Positions 19,163-28,730 of a stretch of 64,000 nt of DNA are shown piece by piece. Within the stretch, counting starts at the first letter, position 1. Each line of letters opens with the position of its first letter. The stretch is from contig CBDBDQ010000005.1 in the NCBI GenBank assembly GCA_965203905.1, positions 6,720,001-6,784,000 on the forward strand. The letters run 5' to 3'. The stretch comes from Spirochaetia bacterium. GTDB lineage: Bacteria; Spirochaetota; Spirochaetia; SZUA-6; Bin103. The position numbers and the translations under genes are program-made. Under the pieces are notes generated by a model. That model made no database searches. It saw only the letters and a program-made list of their open reading frames with translations, and was not told the DNA's origin.

Positions 19163-20344
19163 CTACGTGGCGGGGCGCCAGCGGATCAGGGCGCCGGCGT
19201 TGCGGTAGTTGCCGTAGGCGGTGAGGATCGAGCCGTCGCCCACGGAGATGGAGAACTGGTGGCCGCACGCCACCTCGTACCACCGCTCCGCGCCGGTGGC
19301 GGCGAAGTCGTCCACCACGTAGCGGTGCTCCAGGTCCCAGGTGACGCCGTGGTCGCGGCTGACGACGGCGTCGCAGCCGCGGCGGTGGGTGGCCAGGTCG
19401 CCGGCCCCGAAGTCGAGGCGGCGGATGACCGTGAGCACCAGGTCGTCATTGGGCAGCCGCAGCAGGGTGGCGTGGTGGCGGCCGGGGCCGAACACGAAGT
19501 CCAGCGGTGTCCAGCTCGCGCCCGCGTCCTTGCTGATGGAGACCGCGGTGCCCTCGAAGTTGTCGTAGTGCAGCGGGATGTAGCGCGCCGGCATATCGGT
19601 GCGCAGGGCGGCGACGATCCAGCCGTTGGCGGCGCGCACCAGGGCACCCTCACCTACCCCGCGCTCCACCCGCTCGCCGTTGAAGCGATCGTACCACACC
19701 CACTCCCGCGGCCAGCTCACCGGACCCCAGGTGCGGCCGCCGTCCTGCGACCAGCGGATGCAGCCGCAGCAGGGGTTCTGCGGCAGCGGGCCCTTGGACA
19801 CCGTCTGGCCGGTCTCCGCGACCAGCGTGGCGTTGCCGGTGGCATCGCGGTCGATCAGGGCGTTGCCCTCACAGTCCATCTGGGTGCCGTCGGGCGCCGG
19901 CGGCAGGCGCTCGCCGCGCTCCCAGGTGTGCCCGCGGTCACGGCTGTAGTAGCGGAAGTTGCCCGCGTCCGACCAACTCGACATGAAGCTGAGCACGCCG
20001 CCGCCGAGATGGGCCAGCAGCATCGGCCGCGTCGAGCAGTCCGGCACCTCGACGTACGTCCAGCTCGCGCCCGCGTCTTCGCTGAGCCCGATCACGGTCT
20101 GGTTGGACTGCGCCAGGGTCATGGAGCCGGCCACGCCGGCCACCGCCCAGTTGCCGTTGTCCAGCACCGCAAGGCCCCAGGGAAACACCGGGCGTTCGCC
20201 GTGCCGCGGCAGGAAGCGGAACGCCGCCGGGTGGCCGATCTGGCCGCCCGCGCCGTCATGCTGCAGCACCCAGTGCTCGCGCCAGCCGAGCTGGTCGCGG
20301 CTCGGGGTGGCCGGAAGCTGGTCGCTGGTCAGGGGTCGCTGCAT
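19163..20344 (-). CDS. BNR/Asp-box (sialidase-fold) protein
   Basis: Asp boxes SEDAGASW, SRDRGHTW, SQDGGRTW, SKDAGASW, SRDHGVTW. No signal peptide. Confidence 0.8.
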   Translation of the reverse strand: MQRPLTSDQLPATPSRDQLGWREHWVLQHDGAGGQIGHPAAFRFLPRHGERPVFPWGLAVLDNGNWAVAGVAGSMTLAQSNQTVIGLSEDAGASWTYVEVPDCSTRPMLLAHLGGGVLSFMSSWSDAGNFRYYSRDRGHTWERGERLPPAPDGTQMDCEGNALIDRDATGNATLVAETGQTVSKGPLPQNPCCGCIRWSQDGGRTWGPVSWPREWVWYDRFNGERVERGVGEGALVRAANGWIVAALRTDMPARYIPLHYDNFEGTAVSISKDAGASWTPLDFVFGPGRHHATLLRLPNDDLVLTVIRRLDFGAGDLATHRRGCDAVVSRDHGVTWDLEHRYVVDDFAATGAERWYEVACGHQFSISVGDGSILTAYGNYRNAGALIRWRPAT

Positions 20345-20432
20345 CGCTCACTCCTCCTGCGGGCCGGTTCAGATACTAGTAACGCGGCCACACACGTCGC
20401 GCAACTGCGCCGCTCGACCAGCGCCGAAGCGC

Positions 20433-22064
20433 TCAGCGGGCGCCGCCGGGAAGGCGGAACGAGTACAGCTCGGCGTCGCGCAGCAGGAAACGGATGCGCC
20501 GGAAGCGGGGCACCTCCGCCGCTCCCGGACCCGCCGGGCCGCGCAACTCGGTACGCCCGTTCCAGCGCAGCACGTGCTCGACCGCGTCGCCGTGGAACGG
20601 GTCGCAGTCGTCCACGGAGTAGCCGGGGATCACCGCCCCCGCCTCATCCAGCAGCTCGGCGCGCAGGGAGCCGCGCCCGCGGCAGGCGGCGTTGACCACC
20701 AGGGTATCGCCCCACGACAACAGCGGCTGCGTCACCAGCACCCCCTCGCGTACCGGGTTCGCGCCGAGGGAGACGAAGCCGTCACGGCGCAGGCGCGCCA
20801 GGCCCAGCCCGTAGCCGACCGCGTCCCAGTCCCACACCTCGGGCACCGCGCGCCACGCCTCCGGATCGTCGCGCGCCTCGTTGCCGCCGGCGAACCACCA
20901 GTCGTGGTGGTTGTGCGAGCCGCCGTGGTACACCCACAACTCGTCTCCCATCGCCACCGGGGGGCTCGGCACCGTGACCATGAACTCGTTCCAGGAACCG
21001 GGGGCACCGCGCCGCAGCCAGGGCCGGCCCGGGGCGATGCGGCGCCACGAGCGCCCGTCCCGGCTGTGCACGAGCTGCACGTCCATGGTGTTGCTCACCA
21101 TGTGGAACACGTTGAGAAAGCCCACCCACTGCCCGTCGAGGCGCAGCGGCGTCATGCCGTAGAACGCGTCGTCGATGTTGTCGAGCGCGGGATCGGGGGC
21201 CAGGATCGGGCGCGGCTCGCTCCAATGCAGGAAGTCGCGGCTCTCGATAAGGAAGATGCGGCGCCGGCCCTGGCGGGTGGCGGCCCCCAGCGCGGCGTCG
21301 AAGCCCGGTTCGCCGCCCACCCCCGGCCAGCCGCGCGGCGGCGGGCGCAGGTGGCCGCGTCCCGGGACCGACCGGTAGTAGGGATGGCGGGTCGCCGCGA
21401 GGTGGGTCCGCGAGTCCGGATCGAACGCCAGGATGGTGACGTCGCCGCGTTCCCGGCCCAGGCGGCCGAACACCGGTGCCTCGGCGTACGGCGTGAGGTG
21501 GATGCCGTCCGCGGAGTAGGCGGCGTGCACGGTGAAGCGGGACTCGTTCTCGGCGACCGGCACGATGCGCGTGTACAGGGTCTTGAAGCGGCGCCGCGGG
21601 TCGCGTTCCAGGGGATCGTCGACGATGCAGATGTCATACACCGAGCCGTAGTCCTCGGTCCCGAACACGATGTTGGTGTCGCGGCCGGCCTCGGGCTGAA
21701 TGCCCATGGGCGGCTTGACCCAGTCGATGCCGTCGTCGGAGCAGGCGTAGAGCTGGCGCAGGCGCGCGTTCTCCCAGCCGTGGGAGCCGCCGCCGCGGCT
21801 CCACAGCCGTTCCCGGTCCAGCTTGAAGTCGGTGTAGAAGCAGTGGAAGCGGCCGCTGTCGGGGTCGCGCCGCAGGTTCCAGGAGTTGCACGAGAAGTAG
21901 GTCACGTGCTCCCACGGCCGGTCGCGGCGGATCAGCGGGCTGCGCGCATCGGGGACCGGATGGTGGATGCTCCTGGTGAGATGGTCGGCGACCTCGACCA
22001 CGACATCGTCGAAGAAGAACTGCGGCTGATCGCCGATGAACAGGACCGTGCTGTCGATTGCCAC
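20433..22064 (-). CDS. beta-propeller glycosidase-like protein (GH32/43-like fold, family unassigned)
   Basis: GTG at 22064 behind a GGAGGTGA SD. FFFDD, SDDGIDW.KP, FYGM, SRDGRSW, LARLRRDGFVSL, C-terminal AELYSF. Confidence 0.65.
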   Translation of the reverse strand: MAIDSTVLFIGDQPQFFFDDVVVEVADHLTRSIHHPVPDARSPLIRRDRPWEHVTYFSCNSWNLRRDPDSGRFHCFYTDFKLDRERLWSRGGGSHGWENARLRQLYACSDDGIDWVKPPMGIQPEAGRDTNIVFGTEDYGSVYDICIVDDPLERDPRRRFKTLYTRIVPVAENESRFTVHAAYSADGIHLTPYAEAPVFGRLGRERGDVTILAFDPDSRTHLAATRHPYYRSVPGRGHLRPPPRGWPGVGGEPGFDAALGAATRQGRRRIFLIESRDFLHWSEPRPILAPDPALDNIDDAFYGMTPLRLDGQWVGFLNVFHMVSNTMDVQLVHSRDGRSWRRIAPGRPWLRRGAPGSWNEFMVTVPSPPVAMGDELWVYHGGSHNHHDWWFAGGNEARDDPEAWRAVPEVWDWDAVGYGLGLARLRRDGFVSLGANPVREGVLVTQPLLSWGDTLVVNAACRGRGSLRAELLDEAGAVIPGYSVDDCDPFHGDAVEHVLRWNGRTELRGPAGPGAAEVPRFRRIRFLLRDAELYSFRLPGGAR

Positions 22065-22160
22065 GCCGCTATCACCTCCCCGCAAGAGTGGCTGCGCCAC
22101 TCCTGGCAGCGCCACCCCACTACTTAGCCACAGCGCGCGCAGTTGGTACAGTTGGATGCC

Positions 22161-23750
22161 GTGACCGACCTGCAGATCGCGACCGCGACCGATCCCGCGC
22201 CACCCTACCTGCTGGGCATCGACATCGGCACCACCAACCTCAAGGCCAACCTGTACGACGTGGCCGGTCGCCGGGTCGCCGCCGCCTCGCGGCCCACGGT
22301 CGCGCGGCATCCGCACCCCGGGAACCCCGACTGGGCGGTGTACTCGCCGGACGACCTGTGGCGCGACACGGTGGCGAACATCCGCCAGGTCACCAGCCAG
22401 GTGGCACAGCCGGAGACGATCGCGGCCCTGGCCATCACCGGCATGGGCGAGCCGATTGTCCCGCTGGACCGCGGCGGCGACTGGCTGCACCCGGCGATCT
22501 GCTGGTTCGACCGCCGCACCGAGCCGCAGGCGCGCTGGTGGCGGGAGCAGTTCGGCGCACGCCGCATCTATTCCATCACCGGCCAGCCGGTGAGCTTCCT
22601 GCTGTCCCTCAACGCCATGCTGTGGTTCCGCGAGCACGAGCCGGAGGTATTCCGGCGGGCGCACCGGTGGCTGGTGGTGGAGGACTATCTCAACTACCGG
22701 CTGACCGGAGCCTGCGCTACGGACTATTCCATCGCCAGCCGCACCATGGGCTTCGACGTCGTCCGCAAGCGCTGGTCGGAGGAGATCTTCGCGGCGGCGG
22801 ACCTCGACCCCGCCGTGATGCCGGACCCCTTCGTAAGCGGTACGCCGCTCGGCAGCGTGCGCCCCGAGGCCGCGGAACTGACCGGATTGGCACCTGAAAC
22901 CATTGTAGCTACTGGTGGCCACGACCATGGATGCGCCAGTTTGCCCGCGGGAGTGCAGCGCCCGGACTCGATCCTGAACTCCACGGGCACCTGCGACGTG
23001 ATGCTCGGGGTGCTCGACGCCCCGCTGCTGAGCGACGCCGCCTACGCGGCGGCAATCCCGGTCTACCCGCACCCGCTGCCGGGGAAATACCAGGTGATGG
23101 ACAGCATCCTGTTCGGCGCCGGCGCCCTGGACTGGTATCTGGACCGCTTCGGAACCGGGTTCAGCGCCGCCGCGAAGCACACCGGAGCCAACGTATACGA
23201 CCTGCTGCTGGAGTCCGCCGCGCAGGCCCCGGCCCGTGCCGGCGGTCTGTTCTGGCTGCCCAACGCACGCGGCGTCCCCACCGACGCGGCCGCCCGCGGC
23301 GCTTTCGTGGGGATCCGCGACTCGCATACCGGCGGCGACTTCGTGCGCGCGCTGGTGGAGGGAATCTGCTACGAGATCCGGCTTCGCATCGACACCTTCG
23401 AACGCCTGTTCGACACCTCCGTGGAGCGCGTGGTGGTGGTGGGCGGGACCTCGCGCTCGGCGTTCTGGACCCAGTTGCGGGCCGACGTGACGGGACGCCC
23501 CGTGGAAGTGCTGGACACCGTGGAGGCCGCCTCGCTCGGCGCGGCGCTGCTGGCCGGCATGGCCGCCGGGGTGTACGCCGACTACGCGGATGCCGCGGCG
23601 CACGCCCACCGCGTACGGCACGTGTTCGAGCCTGAGCGCGACCGCCACGAGCAGTACGACCGGTGCTACCGCCAGGTGTATCGCCACATCGCCGGCGCAT
23701 TGCATGGGGTCGACCGCGCCATCGCCGCAATCTTTCCGCCGCAGGAGTAG
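22161..23750 (+). CDS. FGGY-family carbohydrate kinase (xylulokinase-like)
   Basis: LGIDIGTT, W.D.R, ASRT, GGHDH, STGT, RALVEG, LGAALLAG. Confidence 0.9.
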   Translation: MTDLQIATATDPAPPYLLGIDIGTTNLKANLYDVAGRRVAAASRPTVARHPHPGNPDWAVYSPDDLWRDTVANIRQVTSQVAQPETIAALAITGMGEPIVPLDRGGDWLHPAICWFDRRTEPQARWWREQFGARRIYSITGQPVSFLLSLNAMLWFREHEPEVFRRAHRWLVVEDYLNYRLTGACATDYSIASRTMGFDVVRKRWSEEIFAAADLDPAVMPDPFVSGTPLGSVRPEAAELTGLAPETIVATGGHDHGCASLPAGVQRPDSILNSTGTCDVMLGVLDAPLLSDAAYAAAIPVYPHPLPGKYQVMDSILFGAGALDWYLDRFGTGFSAAAKHTGANVYDLLLESAAQAPARAGGLFWLPNARGVPTDAAARGAFVGIRDSHTGGDFVRALVEGICYEIRLRIDTFERLFDTSVERVVVVGGTSRSAFWTQLRADVTGRPVEVLDTVEAASLGAALLAGMAAGVYADYADAAAHAHRVRHVFEPERDRHEQYDRCYRQVYRHIAGALHGVDRAIAAIFPPQE

Positions 23751-23809
23751 CCGTCCAACCGTCACCGGCTACTGGCCGAGCCGGGTGGGGAGCGGTAGAG
23801 TGCGCGGCC

Positions 23810-24913
23810 ATGGACGACGTTCGCATCGGCATCATCGGCATCGGCGGAATGGGCAGCCACCACGCGCGCTACCTGCTCGACGGCAAGGTGCGCGGGGCCA
23901 CCCTTGCCGCCGTCTGCGACGCCGCGGCCGAGCGGCTCGCGGCCGCACGCGCGGAGCTGGACCCCAACCTTCAGTGCTTCCTCGATCTGGATGAATTCCT
24001 GGCCGCCGGCGTGGCCGACGCCGTGCTCATCGCCACCACCCATTACCACCATCCCGCCATCGCCGTCCAATGCTTCGAGCACGGCCTGCACGTGCTGACC
24101 GAGAAGCCGGCCGGCGTCTACACCCGCCAAGTACGCGAAATGAACGAGGCCGCGGACGCCAGCGGCAAGGTGTTCGCCATCATGTACAACCAGCGCACCG
24201 ACCCGCTCTATCGCCGGTTGCGCGCGATGGTGGCGGGCGGCGAGCTGGGCGAGCTCAAGCGCAGCAACTGGATCGCCACCTCCTGGTACCGGCCGCAGAG
24301 CTACTACGATTCAGGCGGCTGGCGCGCCACCTGGGCCGGCGAAGGGGGCGGCGTGCTGCTCAACCAGGCCCCCCACCAGCTCGATCTGTGGCAGTGGTGC
24401 TGCGGCATGCCGCGGCGGCTGCGCGCGTTCTGCTACTTCGGCAAGTATCACGCGATCGAGGTGGAGGACGACGTCACCGCCTTCGTGGAGTACCCCAATG
24501 GGGCGACCGGGGTGTTCGTCACCGGTACCGGCGACGCCCCCGGCAGCAACCGCCTGGAGGTGATCGGCGACCGCGGCAAGGTGGTGATCGAGGACGGGAC
24601 GCTGACGTTCTGGAAGCTCACCGTTCCCGAGCGCGAGTTCAACCGTCGTCGCGATGCCGGGATGGGTGGTCCGGAGGCGATCCGCACCGAGTTTCGGCCC
24701 GAGGTCAGGGCCACCGGGCACGCCGGCATCACCCAGAATTTCGTGGACGCGATCAGGGACGGGGCCGGACTGCTGGCGCCCGGAGTGGAGGGGATCCACG
24801 GCCTGGCGCTGGCCAACTCGATGCTGCTCTCGGCGTGGAGCGACGACTGGGTCCCGGTCCCACCGGACGAAGACCGCTACTTCGATAGCCTGCAGGAGCG
24901 GATTCGGAGTTAG
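23810..24913 (+). CDS. Gfo/Idh/MocA oxidoreductase
   Basis: IGIIGIGGMG, EKPAG, GGGVLLNQAPHQLD. Confidence 0.9.
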   Translation: MDDVRIGIIGIGGMGSHHARYLLDGKVRGATLAAVCDAAAERLAAARAELDPNLQCFLDLDEFLAAGVADAVLIATTHYHHPAIAVQCFEHGLHVLTEKPAGVYTRQVREMNEAADASGKVFAIMYNQRTDPLYRRLRAMVAGGELGELKRSNWIATSWYRPQSYYDSGGWRATWAGEGGGVLLNQAPHQLDLWQWCCGMPRRLRAFCYFGKYHAIEVEDDVTAFVEYPNGATGVFVTGTGDAPGSNRLEVIGDRGKVVIEDGTLTFWKLTVPEREFNRRRDAGMGGPEAIRTEFRPEVRATGHAGITQNFVDAIRDGAGLLAPGVEGIHGLALANSMLLSAWSDDWVPVPPDEDRYFDSLQERIRS

Positions 24914-24917
24914 TAGC

Positions 24918-25757
24918 TCAGTTCGCGCTGGCGAAGGTCGACGCCGCGCCGGTCGCCGGCTGGTTCTCCAGCCGCGACAGGTAGTAGCCGAGGTCGAAGG
25001 TGTCGTCGCGGGTGAGGAAGCGCCAGAACCTGATGCGGTTCACGTGCTCCAGCCGATCCTCGTTTCCATACCAGTGGTGATCCCGCATCAGCACCCGGGA
25101 GATCTCCGGATCGTCCAGGTCGCCGGTGTTCCACAGCAACTGCTGCGCCACGGTCGGATTCAGCCGCAGCTTGAACATGTACCGGTTCTGGCGCGTCAGG
25201 TTGGCCTGGGCGCAGTGCCAGATGCCGTGATGGACCACGAACACGGTGCCCGCCTTGCACACGATCGGGTACTGGTTGAGGAAGTTGTGATAGCGGGCGA
25301 TGTCTGATTCGCTGATGCGGCGGTAGTGGCTGCCCGGCAGGATCATGGTGCCGCCCATCTCACGCGGGGTGTCGTGCGGGAAGTAGAAGAACTGGATGTC
25401 GAAGTCGAGCCGCTGATCGAGGATGTTGTCGGCATGCCAGACCTGGGCGATGCCGCGTTCCGGCGCCACGATGTGCACCGCGTGATGGTCGTAGTGCGGG
25501 TTGGGACCCACCAGACTGTGGATCATCCCCTGGATCTCCGGCAGCGAGAACACGGCGCGAATGCCGTCGTTGCGCGGCCAGGCCTTGTCCAGCGTCGCGT
25601 CCGGTCCCCGTTTCAAGGACTCGATCGCATCGCTTTCCATCTCGGCCAGGGCGGCGGCATTGAGGTGGGCCGGCACCAGCTCGTCGAAGCGGAGGAATCC
25701 GTCGGCCACGAAGTTGGCCATCTGGAGACTAGTCAGCAGGTGTTCTTTCGTGACCAT
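24918..25757 (-). CDS. PhyH-family Fe(II)/2-oxoglutarate dioxygenase
   Basis: F.ADGFL, WHAD, GGTMILPGSH, distal WH, R.M.K. Confidence 0.85.
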   Translation of the reverse strand: MVTKEHLLTSLQMANFVADGFLRFDELVPAHLNAAALAEMESDAIESLKRGPDATLDKAWPRNDGIRAVFSLPEIQGMIHSLVGPNPHYDHHAVHIVAPERGIAQVWHADNILDQRLDFDIQFFYFPHDTPREMGGTMILPGSHYRRISESDIARYHNFLNQYPIVCKAGTVFVVHHGIWHCAQANLTRQNRYMFKLRLNPTVAQQLLWNTGDLDDPEISRVLMRDHHWYGNEDRLEHVNRIRFWRFLTRDDTFDLGYYLSRLENQPATGAASTFASAN

Positions 25758-26055
25758 CGGTATCCTCCAGTTTCTCGAGGATGTACTCGTACTTCAGGAA
25801 CGACGTACTGTAACCCATGCCCGGATAGGCGGGGAACTGTTGCGGGAATTGCACCACGCGCCAGCCGTCACGCATCGCGTCGACCGCCGAGTCGTAGGGC
25901 GGGGTCGCAGCGCTGCCCGTGGGTGCCCCGTAGCGGTTGCCCTTCTCGGGCACATCCGGCTGCGCGCTGGTGCCGTCGTAGAGCGACCAAGCCACCACCC
26001 TGCTGTTGAGATCCGGGTTGTGCAGGTAGAGCACCAGGATCTTCTGCTTCCTCAC
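25729..26055 (-). CDS. small hypothetical protein (108 aa) coupled to the PhyH gene
   Basis: GTGA overlap with the upstream aminotransferase stop and a 3' overlap with the PhyH start. MRKQKILVLYLHNPDLNSRVVAWSLYDG...PPYDSAVDAMRDGWRVVQFP. Hidden at the end of the 25729..27225 track ORF. Confidence 0.7.
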   Translation of the reverse strand: MRKQKILVLYLHNPDLNSRVVAWSLYDGTSAQPDVPEKGNRYGAPTGSAATPPYDSAVDAMRDGWRVVQFPQQFPAYPGMGYSTSFLKYEYILEKLEDTDGHERTPAD

Positions 26056-27371
26056 CGCTGCGCTTCCTCCACGGCATGCTCGAAGGCGGCGACCAGGCCG
26101 TCGACGTGCGCGGGCTGCATCGGCGTGGACAGGCTCGCCATGGTCAGCCCCGCGGGCAGATAGTACCCCCGCTCCAGCAGTGACAGGAACACGCGGCGGG
26201 TGAACTGCTGATCGGTCCCGAGCGCGGCACGGTAGGAGCGCGGTGCGCCGCCGGCGCCGACGCAGACGCCGAACACCGAGCCGGCGTTGAACGCGGCAGC
26301 GGCGAACGCGCGGCGGGCGAACATCGCGTTGAGTCCGGCTACCAGCCGCTCGGCGAGGGCGTTGAGGTCGGCGACCGCTTCCGGGGTCAGCGCGCGCAGG
26401 GTCGCCAGTCCCGCCGCCATGGTGACCGGGTGGGCGCTGTAGGTGCCGCTCTGGCCGCTTCCCTTTCCGCGTGCCGGATCGAGCAGATCCATCAGCTCGG
26501 CGCGCCCGCCGAAGGCCCCGACCGGGAACCCGCCGCCCACGACCTTGCCGAAGGCGGTGAGGTCGGGGTCGATCGCGTAGTGCTGCTGCGCCCCGCCCCA
26601 GGCCATGCGGAACGCCACGATCTCGTCGAAGATGAACGGCACCCCGCAGTCGCGGGCGACCCGGCGCACCTCGCGCACGAACTCCGGCGCCAGGTCCAGG
26701 ACACCGGCGCGAGGCTCGAACAGGATGCAGGCCAGCTCGTCGGCGTGCGCCCGCATCAGGCGCCTCACCGCGGCGGCGTCGTCCAGCGGCAGGATCAGCG
26801 CCTCGGCCAGCGCGCCCGGAGACATGCCCAGCGCCTGGGCGAAGGCGCGCGGCGCGGCGGCGGGACCGGCCCGCTCCGGGGGCGGGCTCACGCTGATCTC
26901 GACCGCGTCGTGGCTGCCGTGGTAGCAGCCCTCGAACTTTGCGATCCGGGGTCTGCCGGTGAAGGCGCGCGCCAGGCGCACCGCGTGCAGGGTCGCCTCG
27001 GTGCCGGAGTTGCAGAAGCGCACCCGCTCCAGGGAAGCGACGCGGCGGCACAGCTCCGCGCACAGCTCGGTCTCGATCCCGACCGGCGCTCCGAGCGCGC
27101 CGCCGCGCGCGAGCTGCCGCTGCACCGCCGCGGCCACCTGCGGGTGGTTGTGCCCCAGCACCAGCGCGGTGTGATGGTTGGCGCAGTCGAGGTAGCGGTG
27201 GCCGTCCACGTCCCACAGGAAGCAACCGTCGCCGCGCTCCATGGCAATCGGGAACGGCGCGAAGTAGTAGGCTCCCTTGGCGAACCCGCCGGGCGTCGCG
27301 TCCCGGTGGCGCTCGAACAGCTCGCGGGAGTTGGGATTGCGTCGGATATAGCGTTCTTCCAGCGCGCCCAT
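26052..27371 (-). CDS. class III PLP aminotransferase (GSA-aminomutase-like)
   Basis: DVDGHRYLD, LGH, RFCNSGTEA, KFEGCYHG, FDEI, FGKVVGGGFPVG, SGTY. Confidence 0.85.
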   Translation of the reverse strand: MGALEERYIRRNPNSRELFERHRDATPGGFAKGAYYFAPFPIAMERGDGCFLWDVDGHRYLDCANHHTALVLGHNHPQVAAAVQRQLARGGALGAPVGIETELCAELCRRVASLERVRFCNSGTEATLHAVRLARAFTGRPRIAKFEGCYHGSHDAVEISVSPPPERAGPAAAPRAFAQALGMSPGALAEALILPLDDAAAVRRLMRAHADELACILFEPRAGVLDLAPEFVREVRRVARDCGVPFIFDEIVAFRMAWGGAQQHYAIDPDLTAFGKVVGGGFPVGAFGGRAELMDLLDPARGKGSGQSGTYSAHPVTMAAGLATLRALTPEAVADLNALAERLVAGLNAMFARRAFAAAAFNAGSVFGVCVGAGGAPRSYRAALGTDQQFTRRVFLSLLERGYYLPAGLTMASLSTPMQPAHVDGLVAAFEHAVEEAQR

Positions 27372-27523
27372 CACGGCCACCCTACCACGTGCTTCGCAGA
27401 GAGGGGTGGTTGAGCCGGAGGCCGCGTACGCCGACGGCAAGCGACTCGGGATGGTCCACCCCACCGATGTGGACGATCTTCTCGTTCGCGAAGCGGAGCA
27501 CTGCCGGTGTGGGGTGCATGGCG

Positions 27524-28702
27524 TCAGAGCAGTGGCGTGCCGCCGTCGGGCAGCTCGTAGCGCGGGGGGTCGAGCGGCATATGGCCGTCCATCGTCGCGA
27601 GCGCCTCCGCGTCCAACTCGACTCCCAGCCCCGGCCGCCGCTCCAGCTCGTCCACTTCGATGTGGCCGTGCGTTACCGGCAGCGGATCGCGTTGCACGCG
27701 GTCGAACCACGGCTGCAGGGGGCAGTGCTCCAGGATCAGGAAGTTCTGGATCGCGGCTGCCACCTGGGCCGCGGCCGCCAGCGCCACCGGCCCGTACGGG
27801 TTGTGCGGCGCCATGAGGATGCCGTACACCTCCGCGTAGTGGGCGATCCGCAGCAGCTCGCTGATGCCCCCGGCGTGGCAGATGTCGGCTTGGCACACGT
27901 CGATCGCCTGCTGCTCGAACCACGGGCGGAAGTCCCAGCGCGAGACCATGCGCTCGCCCAGGGCGATCCTGATTCCCGGGAAGCGCTGCTTGAGCCGCGC
28001 CGTGGGGGCCACCGTGTCCTGGTTGGTCGGCTCCTCCACGAACAGTGGCGCCAGCGGCTCCAGCCCCTGCAACAGGCGGTGCGCGGCCTGGGGATCGAAC
28101 ATGCCGGCGGCGTCGATCATCAGGGCCGTCCGGTCGCCGAGGACTTGGCGCAGCCGGCGCACCTCGGCCACCGCCACCTCCGCCTGGCGCTGCGCATCGT
28201 ACGGCCGGGTGACGCTGCCGAAGCCGTGCTTGAAGGCATCGAACCCCAGTTCGCGGGCGCGGCGGGCCGCATCCTCCAACGCTACGCCGAAGAACTCCGG
28301 ACCGGAGCGGATGTAGCAGCGCACCCGCTCCCGCACCCTGCCGCCAAGCAGCCTGAACACCGGCAGCCCCGCCGCCTTGCCGGCGATGTCCCACAGGGCC
28401 TGGTCGATGCCGCTCATGGCGCTGCCGTGGACCACCCCGCGCCGCCACCAGAACTCGCGGAAGCCAAGCTGCCAGATGCGCTCGATCACGGTCGGATCCA
28501 TGCCCAGCAGGCGCGGCCGGAGTTCGCTCTCCACGTGCGCCTTGATCGCCAGCTCATGGTGCTCGGTGGTCGCCTCGCCCACCCCCTGCAGCCCGGCATC
28601 CGTGTCGACCTGGACGAACACCCAGTTGCGGTGCGCGCCGCCACCCGAACGCTGCACGGCCACCACCGTGCAGCGCACGTCGGTAATCTTCAGATGGCTC
28701 AC
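27524..28702 (-). CDS. mandelate racemase / galactonate dehydratase-like enolase-superfamily enzyme
   Basis: RNWVFV, SGIDQALWDIAGK, metal ligands D...EEP...GE, APHNP, ILE. GGAGG SD. Confidence 0.85.
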   Translation of the reverse strand: MSHLKITDVRCTVVAVQRSGGGAHRNWVFVQVDTDAGLQGVGEATTEHHELAIKAHVESELRPRLLGMDPTVIERIWQLGFREFWWRRGVVHGSAMSGIDQALWDIAGKAAGLPVFRLLGGRVRERVRCYIRSGPEFFGVALEDAARRARELGFDAFKHGFGSVTRPYDAQRQAEVAVAEVRRLRQVLGDRTALMIDAAGMFDPQAAHRLLQGLEPLAPLFVEEPTNQDTVAPTARLKQRFPGIRIALGERMVSRWDFRPWFEQQAIDVCQADICHAGGISELLRIAHYAEVYGILMAPHNPYGPVALAAAAQVAAAIQNFLILEHCPLQPWFDRVQRDPLPVTHGHIEVDELERRPGLGVELDAEALATMDGHMPLDPPRYELPDGGTPLL

Positions 28703-28730
28703 GTGCCACCTCCGGAGCCGTCCGCCGCGG

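Noticed and set aside
22065-23765. N-terminal half of the 1110-aa ORF 20433..23765
   Set aside because: Antisense to the FGGY kinase. The real start is GTG 22064 with a strong SD.
26052-27371. hemL (tetrapyrrole biosynthesis)
   Set aside because: Same family, but no hem genes nearby and the context is catabolic, so no symbol was assigned.
27372-28448. Apparent N-terminal fusion on the aminotransferase (798-aa ORF)
   Set aside because: Off-frame overlap with the enolase-family gene. Homology begins at MGALEERY (27371).
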